The translations under genes were made by a program, and so were the position numbers. Below the pieces are notes generated by a model. The model worked only from the letters and a program-made list of their open reading frames with translations. It was not told the origin of the DNA and ran no database searches. From an uncultured archaeon (lineage in GTDB: Archaea; Thermoplasmatota; Penumbrarchaeia; JASLWR01), in NCBI GenBank assembly GCA_964342815.1, contig CAYFHS010000039.1, positions 1 to 39,813 on the forward strand: a stretch of 39,813 nucleotides of DNA. The letters are read 5' to 3'. Shown here one piece after another: positions 8,454 through 17,000 of this stretch; position 1 is the stretch's first letter, and each line of letters starts with the position of its first letter.

Positions 8454-8816
8454 ATGGACAGATCCGTACCGACTTACAGGTGGGAGATGGAGAAGGTTAT
8501 CGGACGATGGGGCATTTACCGCCGTCGATTGAATTCCGACAACCAGCGCTTGTTCGACAGGATAATGAACAGGGCGCGGGCGCATGCGAGTGATGGATAT
8601 TGTCAACGGTGTGAAGTTCGAAGATAATTCGAAATTCACAGCTTGGCAATGTTCGCGGTATCGTGTGCAAACGCAGATGCCGCAGAATCCTATCAATGTA
8701 ACCATGATCCTGCTATGACGATATTTCTCAGTATAATGCTCGATCAGGTGAGTGAGTTATGAGGAATGAAGATGGAAGTGTGCAGTAGGATTTTCAAAGA
8801 GAATATGATTGAATAA
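8454..8816 (+). pseudogene. Second interrupted copy of the small helical protein gene
   Basis: One frame reads MDRSVPTYRWEMEKVIGRWGIYRRRLNSDNQRLFDRIMNRARAHA-[insert containing TAA at 8625]-DAAESYQCNHDPAMTIFLSIMLDQVSEL*GMKME. The TGA at 8760 corresponds to CGA in copy A. Confidence 0.8.
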
Positions 8817-8888
8817 AAGGTTTTCGAATGTTGTCCTAAAAACAATATATATTTTACAGTTAGTATAATAAATCGAGGTGTATATAAT

Positions 8889-11800
8889 ATGATGAATCTA
8901 AACGATAGAAAAACCGGTTTATTTTGCGTTGTTGCGACTATCTCGTTGCTGTTATCACCGATTATATCGATAGGGATAAAAAAAACCGAAGGACAAGGGC
9001 TTATTGGAGCTCTTTCGGATAATAAAGTTGTTTTATATTATAGTTTTGATAATATGGATAATGTCGGAAAGGACGACTCCGGAAAAGGCCGGGACATAAA
9101 CTTGGTATCGGGAGCTAAACAAACAGGTAATGGTCTTTACGGAGGAAATCTGTATTTTAATGGTGAAAGTGATTACACAATGACAAATGCTCATAGTAGT
9201 TTTCATATCACTGAAGACCTTACGATAGAAGCCTGGGTGAATTATGAAGATGGAGATGGAGTAGGCGGATCAAGAGGTACTATTGTAATGGAGAAAGGAC
9301 ATTTTCGCCTTCATATAAGCAAGGATAATGATAAAGTGCGTTTTGAAAGTGGAAACCCATATTGGGATTATGTTCAAAGCCATTCATCAATTCCTGAAAA
9401 TGAATGGACCCATATTGCTGTAACTAGGGATGGAGATGGAACTGATTCTGATAGTATAAAGATTTATATTAATGGGATGTTGGATGTTCATGGTGAGATA
9501 AATGAATATTCAAAACCAGATGGTACCTCTGAAGATGCAATTTATATCGGTAGCTGGGAAGGATATAATCATTTTTTTCCGGGATATATCGATGAAGTAC
9601 GTATATCCAATGTTGTTCGAGAGGTAGGCGGAACCATTGCATTCTGGAATTTCAATGAGGGAGCTGGAAATGTTGTTCGAAACAGGTCTCCAATAGGTGA
9701 CTATATTGTTGGGCAGCTTAGAAATATGGATGATAATGATTGGGTATCCGGAAGGTATGGAACGGGATTAGAATTTGATGGCTTAAATGACTATGTAGAT
9801 GTAGGTGCCCATTATATACTTAGGCCTGATATTATTACTGTGGAAACTTGGATTTATCCAACGGCTACTGGTCATCAATATATCATTGATGGTGCGGATC
9901 ACCTTTCCAGTCCGAAAGGGGGTTATTTCTTAAGAATTCAAGATGATAATGAGATTGAATTCAGGATATATACCTCTGGGAGTACCCACGTTAGTGTTAC
10001 TAGTACAACAACAATTAGTGCTAATAATTGGTACCAAATAGCCGGTATATTTGATGGATCGACACTTGCATTGTATGTTAATGGCGTGTGTGAGGATACT
10101 GTCTCGTATAGCGGTTCGATCCATTATGAGCAATATGTTGGGATGCATATAGGCTCTAACGTGGATCCATATAGATTTTTTCAAGGTATAATTGACGAAG
10201 TTAGGATATCGAATTATGGTAAACAATTCCGTTTTGATGATGGAAATGCATTGGGCACCGATCAAGGAGATTACGGTGCCGACGTATTATACTTACCGTT
10301 TGAGGGTACTGATCTCAATGGTGATGAAGATGATGGTATTCTTGATGATAAAACTCCGTATGACAACGATATTACTTATTCCACTGGAGTGGACATTACA
10401 AATGGCAAATACGGCGGTGGCCTTTATTTTGATGGCCATAGCGATTTTATTCAGCGTTCTACACTTCCAGATTCCCTCGAACCCGACGTTATATCAGTAG
10501 AAGCCTGGATTTATCCGAAGGCTACGGGTCATCAATATATCATTGATGCTGCAGATCACATTTATAGTTCATACGGGGGTTATTTTTTAAGAATAAAAGA
10601 TGATAATAAGATTGAATTCAGAATATATACCACGTGGGGTAATTCAAATGTATTTAGTACCACACAAATTGAGATCAATAATTGGTATCACATAGCTGGT
10701 GTCTATGATGGATATGCATTAAGATTGTATATAAATCGCATCTGTGAGGATATTGTATTAATTGATGAGAATATGAAATATTCATATGATTATGGATTGA
10801 ATATTGGGCGCTCTAACGGTAATTGTAGATTTTTTAAAGGTATAATTGACGAAGTCAGAATCTCTAATTATCCAAGGTCTTTTCATGAAGACACCGATGG
10901 AGATGGAATGTCCGATATGTATGAGATAATGAGGTCTGTGAATTCAAATCAATATAATCCAAAAGAGCATAATGGAAGACATTCTGTATTGATGTGCTGG
11001 GATGATGAAGATAATTCCAATGCTTTTTGGAAAGCTCTTACATTTACTTATTCTTCACTGAAAGCACTTGGATACCATGATGAAGACATACGAGTGCTAA
11101 ACAAGAATGATCCCCCGTCTTCAGGGACTTATGCGGACATTGTAGATGATATTATCAATGATAATTCCATTGAAACTGCTATGAATGAGATCAATTCAAT
11201 ATCTACATCCTCTGATTTCATTTTCATATATGGTACAGATCATGGTTACGTGAAGGATGATTATACTCAATCATTTATTAAGTGGGATGATAATAATTTT
11301 TACTACGATGACGATTTAGCAAATGACGTGAACCGAATATCAAATTACAGAACCATGGTAATCTTATTGGATTATTGCTATGCCGCAGGATTTATGGATG
11401 ACCTCAGCGATATAAATGAAGATAGAGTAATAATGACAGCTTCACCGTATAATTTAGGAGGTTGGATGAAAAGTAATGGTATACAATACCTTACAAATAG
11501 CTTCATAGGGGCTCTATCATACCGTAACTTTTATGCAGATAAAATTAATGCGGACACCGATATATACGGTTTAGAAGATGGGTTTGTTTCAGTTTCGGAG
11601 GCATATAATTATGCTTTTGACAAGGCTCTCGATGATAATCCAAAAAATTATTACATGTATGATGACAATGGAATAGACTTAGATATATCGGATGTTGCAG
11701 ATAACTCTGCACTTTATAATCCAACAGATATACATTCGGAAGAGATTCCCAATGAACCCCCAATCGAAGAACCATTATACGACGTTGTTGGGAATAAGTA

Positions 11801-11942
11801 TTACTGGGATACTGTATGGGAAACCGATCACAGACCTAATATATTAAGTAATTATATAGATGGGCCGGGTTATCATGGAACTGTTGGAATTGGGTTTACT
11901 TCATGGGATGAAGGTGAACTGGGTGCAAGAACATACCTATAA
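8889..11942 (+). CDS. Secreted protein: signal peptide + 3 LamG domains + DTDGDG motif + clan CD (C13/legumain-like) peptidase; paralog of 4968-8108
   Basis: Same layout as the paralog. Catalytic-type YGTDHG (H785) and LLDYCYAAGF (C830). GAGGTG RBS. Confidence 0.83.
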   Translation: MMNLNDRKTGLFCVVATISLLLSPIISIGIKKTEGQGLIGALSDNKVVLYYSFDNMDNVGKDDSGKGRDINLVSGAKQTGNGLYGGNLYFNGESDYTMTNAHSSFHITEDLTIEAWVNYEDGDGVGGSRGTIVMEKGHFRLHISKDNDKVRFESGNPYWDYVQSHSSIPENEWTHIAVTRDGDGTDSDSIKIYINGMLDVHGEINEYSKPDGTSEDAIYIGSWEGYNHFFPGYIDEVRISNVVREVGGTIAFWNFNEGAGNVVRNRSPIGDYIVGQLRNMDDNDWVSGRYGTGLEFDGLNDYVDVGAHYILRPDIITVETWIYPTATGHQYIIDGADHLSSPKGGYFLRIQDDNEIEFRIYTSGSTHVSVTSTTTISANNWYQIAGIFDGSTLALYVNGVCEDTVSYSGSIHYEQYVGMHIGSNVDPYRFFQGIIDEVRISNYGKQFRFDDGNALGTDQGDYGADVLYLPFEGTDLNGDEDDGILDDKTPYDNDITYSTGVDITNGKYGGGLYFDGHSDFIQRSTLPDSLEPDVISVEAWIYPKATGHQYIIDAADHIYSSYGGYFLRIKDDNKIEFRIYTTWGNSNVFSTTQIEINNWYHIAGVYDGYALRLYINRICEDIVLIDENMKYSYDYGLNIGRSNGNCRFFKGIIDEVRISNYPRSFHEDTDGDGMSDMYEIMRSVNSNQYNPKEHNGRHSVLMCWDDEDNSNAFWKALTFTYSSLKALGYHDEDIRVLNKNDPPSSGTYADIVDDIINDNSIETAMNEINSISTSSDFIFIYGTDHGYVKDDYTQSFIKWDDNNFYYDDDLANDVNRISNYRTMVILLDYCYAAGFMDDLSDINEDRVIMTASPYNLGGWMKSNGIQYLTNSFIGALSYRNFYADKINADTDIYGLEDGFVSVSEAYNYAFDKALDDNPKNYYMYDDNGIDLDISDVADNSALYNPTDIHSEEIPNEPPIEEPLYDVVGNKYYWDTVWETDHRPNILSNYIDGPGYHGTVGIGFTSWDEGELGARTYL

Positions 11943-12019
11943 GAAAAACCGCGAGATTCACAACAACATCAACTAATGCAAATAAGGATTGAAAACGGGA
12001 TCACAGTAAATCTGGTTGA

Positions 12020-12077
12020 TTATCCGGTTTTTCACTAAATCTTTACTTTCACTCACCTTTTGTGAAACAATATAATG
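12020..12077 (+). repeat. Boundary motif copy 5 (degenerate)
   Basis: TTATCCG at 12020, TTACTTTCACTC at 12043 (+23), and AATATAAT at 12069. Confidence 0.6.
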
Positions 12078-12545
12078 ACCCTCTCCATCCTTCCTTTTCA
12101 CTATCCCCGTGATGGCTCGTAGACCCTCAAGGCTTTCGCCGCCCCCTGGCTGTGGGTCGTTTCATCACAGAGGACGGGCCGTTTCGGGGATAGTTGTTTT
12201 TTGTAACTGTGTACGTGGACCCCGCAGAGCTTATCAAAGTCTGCCCGGAATGTTATTTTCTCATTCAAAATCCGGGTTCTTATCAGGTCTCTCCTTGAGC
12301 GGGTAGTATGCTCTTACTGTAGCGATGAATATCTTGTATCCGCTGCGGTTGAGTTGGATTCACATTGGATAACAGGACTGAGTTTGGAATAGAAGGCTGG
12401 AAATGTCAGTTGGGTGAGGATAGAGAAAGGTATGTGGGGATTGAGGTTGAAGAAAATGGCGCCCGCTATGATCTACATGTGAACGGGATAAGGAATCCAA
12501 GGGGATAAATGAGGTAGAGAACTGTGAAAACGAAAAATAACAAAG

Positions 12546-12619
12546 CGGGCCCGAGGGGATTCGAACCCCCGGCCGATCGGTTAAGAGCCGATCGCTCTAC
12601 CTAGCTGAGCTACGGGCCC
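12546..12619 (-). tRNA. tRNA-Lys (anticodon CTT), 74 nt, intronless, CCA not encoded
   Basis: Reverse complement GGGCCCGTAGCTCAGCTAGGTAGAGCGATCGGCTCTTAACCGATCGGCCGGGGGTTCGAATCCCCTCGGGCCCG folds as a cloverleaf. Anticodon loop is CTCTTAA and the T-loop is TTCGAAT. Confidence 0.97.
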
Positions 12620-12703
12620 ACAAGCTTGAGCGAAGCGAGTGGTTGTGGGCCCGTCAGTTGTATCCGAAGGCATACTTGCCGAGGATGCAACGCTACGGGC
12701 CCA
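12609..12703. repeat. 12-bp direct repeat of the tRNA 5' end bracketing a 71-bp structured element
   Basis: GCTACGGGCCCA occurs at 12609-12620 and 12692-12703. ACGGGCCCACAA (12612-12623) and TTGTGGGCCCGT (12643-12654) form an internal inverted repeat. A second hairpin spans 12657-12691. Confidence 0.8.
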
Positions 12704-13042
12704 TTACGAGTGAATGAAAGAGAATGAATACTCATCTCTACATACACCCAAAGTCCGCCGTGGGTAGTGAAATTTCCATAAATAAACCTATTGGTGAATT
12801 TGAATCATAGATATTCCGCAGAATCGGTTCCTACGGACTCCCACTTCGCTCTGTTGTATCTTCGACACAACTGAGCCTTCGATTTCCTCCAGAAATCTAC
12901 AGGCTTCGATTCTGCTAACATTATCAAATATACAAACATCGACTTTTTGTCGAAGTTTGCTCATTTGACAATATACGAGCATAGCTCACTTACTGACCAA
13001 TATGCAAGAAGAAATTAATATCAAATCCATCATAGTCCCGGT

Positions 13043-14137
13043 ATGGATACCGGCGAGAATATCCGCGGTAATGAATACGCCGATGTTACCTTTCTTGAAG
13101 TGGGAAAAGAGTATGCGGAGCCTGTCCGGCGGAAATTGTTACAGGAAAATATTCTCCGTTTCGACTCTTCGATCATAACTAAGGGCGATATGGTATGTTT
13201 TCCCATCTATAAGGGAATTCCCGAGGAACAATTATTTTCGGTACTGCGCCTATATTCTCGTAACTTCTCTATTTCAGTGAGCCGCGTTCTCCTCAAACCG
13301 AAAAAGATCAACAGCTTTCGCGACCTTATCGACATCCCGGAAGAATTTCTTGAATTTCTACCGTCATCATGGGACGTCGTGGGTGATATTATTTTCGTAA
13401 AGCTGTCTGACGAAATACTTTCATTCAAAACCAAAATTTCCCAAGCCCTTCTCGCAGCGCACGGGAACATCCGCTCAGTATACTGGGTAAAAAAAATATC
13501 GGGTGACTGCCGGATCAGGGAGTTGGAGCACATCGGCGGGGATGAAAATACAGTGACCGCGGCCAAGGAGTTCGGAATAATTATGAACCTCGACGTGGCG
13601 AAAGTATACTACAGCCCAAGGCTTGCCACGGAGCGGTGGAGGATCGCCCAACAGGTAAGCGAGGGTGAATTGGTTCTCGATATGTTTACCGGGATCGGTC
13701 CTTTTTCCCTTGTCATTTCTCGTCATGCACGGCCGTCATCCATCCATTCCATAGATATCAATCCCGAAGCAATCCGTTATCTGGAAACGAATATCAAGCT
13801 TAACCGTATCGAAAATATAGAATATCATCTCGGAGATGCTGTGGAAATATGCAAATCGCTTTCCGATCTATACAAATTCGATAGGATCATAATGAATCTG
13901 CCCCACAGCTCTTTGGATTTTTTCGAGATAGCACTCGCCTGCTCGAAAATACAAACGAAGATTCATCTCTACGTGATCCGTGAGCTGAGCAGTATCGACG
14001 ATATGGTTGATGATTGTATAGCAAGTGCCGGAAAACAAGGCTGCCAAATTAGTGAAAAAGCCCGGGTAACCGTAAGAAGCTATTCACCGTCAGAGGCCAA
14101 TGTCTGCGTTGATTTTTCAGTGGACGATATTCGCTAA
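13043..14137 (+). CDS. trm5: tRNA (guanine37-N1)-methyltransferase, Trm5/Met-10+ family
   Basis: SWDVVGDI, YYSPRLATER, SAM-binding DMFTGIGPF, DINP and IMNLP motifs, with an N-terminal D1-like domain. Confidence 0.88.
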   Translation: MDTGENIRGNEYADVTFLEVGKEYAEPVRRKLLQENILRFDSSIITKGDMVCFPIYKGIPEEQLFSVLRLYSRNFSISVSRVLLKPKKINSFRDLIDIPEEFLEFLPSSWDVVGDIIFVKLSDEILSFKTKISQALLAAHGNIRSVYWVKKISGDCRIRELEHIGGDENTVTAAKEFGIIMNLDVAKVYYSPRLATERWRIAQQVSEGELVLDMFTGIGPFSLVISRHARPSSIHSIDINPEAIRYLETNIKLNRIENIEYHLGDAVEICKSLSDLYKFDRIIMNLPHSSLDFFEIALACSKIQTKIHLYVIRELSSIDDMVDDCIASAGKQGCQISEKARVTVRSYSPSEANVCVDFSVDDIR

Positions 14138-14347
14138 CAGAATACTCCGTGTGTATCTAAATCGCTGTGGCTCTTTTTCTTATCATGGCCCGGTTCTGTT
14201 CCTATAATTGTCTTGAACCGCGTAAGTTCATACATTACATAATTCGAACATCGTTCTAAAAATATTATATATTATCAACATCATTCGCTGGATATGTCTG
14301 GTACTGGAATTCTTTTGCTGGTAAAGGCGACCCTCATGGCTCGCCAA

Positions 14348-14373
14348 ACTTGTCAAGTAGTGACTTTACAAGT
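14348..14373. promoter_or_regulatory. Inverted repeat in the 5' region of the DUF4350 operon
   Basis: ACTTGTCAAG-N6-CTTTACAAGT (1 mismatch), located between the TATA box (~14266-14275) and the start codon. Confidence 0.35.
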
Positions 14374-14395
14374 AAAGATATGATTTATCCAACAA

Positions 14396-15766
14396 ATGGG
14401 GTTTAATATGGCAGGGCCGTCTAATACCGGAAGGAAGAAGGCGAAAAGTGTAATATTTCGTCTACTTCTGGTATTGCTAATTTTCACTGCAATTTTCGCC
14501 ACTTCCATAATCCTCCTTGGACCGGCCGAGAAGACCAGCGATCTAAGCGCCTACGGGGATTCCTGGGATGACATATCGGATTTTAGGACCGGTATCTTGG
14601 ATACTAGTGAAAATATAACAGTATCGAACATAATTTCCTCACCAACACTGCTGGATACCATCTTGGAAACAAGCGATATTCCTGTCCAGAACACTCTTTA
14701 CATTGCTATCGGTATCGAGAAAGAATACACTTTGGCCGAAGCCGCGGCAATTTATAATTTCTATCTCCGCGGCGGAAAGATCATCATAGCAGACGATTTC
14801 GGATATGCAAATTCCGTTACTGACCGGATGTTTGAGATAGAATTCCTACCTGCGAGACTTTGGGACAATACGTATGAGAAAAATCCCCTTTTCGTCAAGG
14901 TACCAATAAACGATATGGATTTTCACGGAACAATCCTGCTCAACGAACCGGCGGCAATGCAGCCGCCGCCGTCCACAAGGCCCAACGATCCCCGTATCAA
15001 GGCTCTCTCTTCTCCCCTGGGATCCAGTTGGATCGACCTTAACGGCAACGGGAAACGGGATCAGAACGAGTTCAAGAGCGAGAAATTCAGAGGATATCCA
15101 TTGGTCTACGAGTTAAACCAGCGTATAACGGGTAAGGAATATCAGGGTAGGGCACTGTTCATCTCGGACTCGTCCCTGTTTCTGAACGAGATGTGGGGCC
15201 GTGAGAACAACAGCGACTTCTGCACTCACATCGTTAGCTATTTATTGGGTGATGAGACGATCTCGTCAGGGAAGACCACAGTTATATTCGACGAATCGCG
15301 TCATGTCCCGGCCACTGCGAAGTCCACCTTTCGTCAGACGGTATATACGTATCTAGTGTTGCTGGTTACCGATTCGAATCTCCGGATACTCACCCCGGTG
15401 GTAGTGGTGATGATCCTTCTAATTTGGATAATTGTGGTGGATAACCCACCCAGGCTCCGGCACCGTTTCGATATCAAGCATATTGCCTTATACAACCTGA
15501 GAACTCCCAATATTAATACCAGAGATGCCGATCGAATCAGGGCACTATTTCTTGAAAAGATCCGTTTGGCTTCGGGAATGAACCTGGACGAGTTCAGAGA
15601 GATGTCCGCACCCGACCTGGAACAGATGGTGGGTGATACCAGTCTGACTGATTTCCTGCTGGATTGGGAAAAGAGCTATACGGTGAACCAGCTGGAAGGC
15701 CTGCTTGTAGTGATCCGGGACTGGAAGCCAAATACTTTCTTCGGGGGTGATGTCTATCTGGACTAA
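14396..15766 (+). CDS. DUF4350-like membrane-anchored protein
   Basis: N-terminal TM helix and GGKIIIADDFG. G.ALFISDSSLFLNEM..EN..F, and VIFDESRH followed by a TM helix. Confidence 0.7.
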   Translation: MGFNMAGPSNTGRKKAKSVIFRLLLVLLIFTAIFATSIILLGPAEKTSDLSAYGDSWDDISDFRTGILDTSENITVSNIISSPTLLDTILETSDIPVQNTLYIAIGIEKEYTLAEAAAIYNFYLRGGKIIIADDFGYANSVTDRMFEIEFLPARLWDNTYEKNPLFVKVPINDMDFHGTILLNEPAAMQPPPSTRPNDPRIKALSSPLGSSWIDLNGNGKRDQNEFKSEKFRGYPLVYELNQRITGKEYQGRALFISDSSLFLNEMWGRENNSDFCTHIVSYLLGDETISSGKTTVIFDESRHVPATAKSTFRQTVYTYLVLLVTDSNLRILTPVVVVMILLIWIIVVDNPPRLRHRFDIKHIALYNLRTPNINTRDADRIRALFLEKIRLASGMNLDEFREMSAPDLEQMVGDTSLTDFLLDWEKSYTVNQLEGLLVVIRDWKPNTFFGGDVYLD

Positions 15767-17000
15767 GAAGAGCGTTACTCTTATCTCCATGGCTTTGGCT
15801 ACTGGTCTTATCGGCCTGGTCCTTTTCAATATTTTCTTTATCGTAATCTCGGTATTTTTTTCAAGTATCCTATTTTTTTCCTTTGCCGCCGTGTCGGAGA
15901 ATATCAAGATAGTACGAACAATACTCAATCCCAAGGTGTTCGAGGATGACGTAATGAGCGTCAGGCTTACTGTGATCAACCGGGGAAGCGGCTTTGGTTT
16001 GGTGGAGGTCTATGACAAGCTGCCCAGCGCTATGAAAATCGTGAGCGGGTCGAACAAGGCCACATTGAAGCTTGGAAAGGGCGATCGGGCGCTGATCCAT
16101 TATTCCGTTGAGTGCCCCCTGCGGGGATTTTTCAACATTGGTCCCATGCTGGTTCGGTCCCGAGATATGTTCTGTCTATTCAGCGAGGAGAGGGAAAGAG
16201 TTGACATCACGCCTATAACAGTCTACCCCAGGATCGAGGACGCCCGGAGATTTGATGTTGACACACGGTACAAGAAGATAAATCCCGGCTCGGTGATGAT
16301 CCGGGCTCTTGGAATGGGAAACGATTTCCATTCTATCCGGAACTACGTCAGCACCGATCCCTTCAACAGGATTAATTGGAAAGCTTCGGCAAAAAAGAGA
16401 ACACTGATGGTGAACCAGTACGAGCTGGAGGATGTCTATGACCTTATGATATTCCTGGATGCCCGTTATGTGACCAAGATCGGCACACCAATAAGAAATT
16501 CTCTTGAATATATGATCAAGGCCGCCGCCAGTATTTCCAGTGCAGCTATCAAGAAGACCAACAGGGTGGGGATGGTCACCTACGGGAAGGATGTTACCAT
16601 ACTGCCGCCGGGGAGTTCCAATACCCAGATGGAGACCCTGCTTGCAACCCTTACGGCAACATACGCTGGGGGAAAGAGGACCTTTAAGGAGGCCTTGGAG
16701 CGGGCCACGCCCTTCCTCACCCCTAAATCACCGGTTATAATCATGACGCCGTTGCAGCGGGACGATACGCTCGAGGACGCGATCCAGCTTCTTCTCTCTA
16801 AGAAATACCATATTACGCTGCTTACGCCCTCCATAGTGGATTTTGAAAGATTGATAACAGGCATATATTCCCCCAAGTATCTCCTGGTAAAAATGGAGAG
16901 GCAGAACCGACTGGCCAAGATAAGGGGAATGGGTGTGAAGGTTGTGGATTGGCCGCCGGAAAGGACCGTGAGCGATATAATTTCGGAGGTGGCCTATTGA
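15750..17000 (+). CDS. DUF58 (VWA-like) protein
   Basis: N-terminal TM helices, RGFF.IGP, IRNYVSTDPFNRINWKASAK, and LMIFLDA. Start taken at the ATG after the GGGGGTG RBS. Confidence 0.85.
   Translation: MSIWTKKSVTLISMALATGLIGLVLFNIFFIVISVFFSSILFFSFAAVSENIKIVRTILNPKVFEDDVMSVRLTVINRGSGFGLVEVYDKLPSAMKIVSGSNKATLKLGKGDRALIHYSVECPLRGFFNIGPMLVRSRDMFCLFSEERERVDITPITVYPRIEDARRFDVDTRYKKINPGSVMIRALGMGNDFHSIRNYVSTDPFNRINWKASAKKRTLMVNQYELEDVYDLMIFLDARYVTKIGTPIRNSLEYMIKAAASISSAAIKKTNRVGMVTYGKDVTILPPGSSNTQMETLLATLTATYAGGKRTFKEALERATPFLTPKSPVIIMTPLQRDDTLEDAIQLLLSKKYHITLLTPSIVDFERLITGIYSPKYLLVKMERQNRLAKIRGMGVKVVDWPPERTVSDIISEVAY

Larger units (their letters stand above)
8372..8917 (+). repeat. Segmental duplication copy B
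   Basis: Colinear with 4462-4996; period about 3.9 kb. Confidence 0.92.

Noticed and set aside
8582-8675. Hairpin as an integron attC site
   Set aside because: The GTT on the right arm pairs with GAT, not with a RYYYAAC box. It lies inside a gene rather than after one, and no integron integrase is seen.
8760-8762. In-frame TGA as selenocysteine or programmed readthrough
   Set aside because: The paralog has CGA (Arg) at this position. A single C-to-T change in a decaying gene is the simpler explanation.
4968-11942. Diversity-generating retroelement acting on the LamG genes
   Set aside because: No reverse transcriptase, and no template/variable repeat pair with adenine-specific differences.
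12109-12306. 65-aa ORF after motif copy 5
   Set aside because: It shows no similarity to the MGRSVP family, is not at the +29 position, and has no RBS.
12512-12541. Reverse-strand sixth copy of the boundary motif (GTTATTTTTCG...TCATTTATCCCC)
   Set aside because: The spacing is 25 rather than 23, the match is weak, and the T-run is adequately explained as the tRNA terminator.
12788-12982. 64-aa minus-strand ORF divergent from trm5
   Set aside because: No recognisable motif and only a weak RBS. It may be real but cannot be supported from sequence alone.
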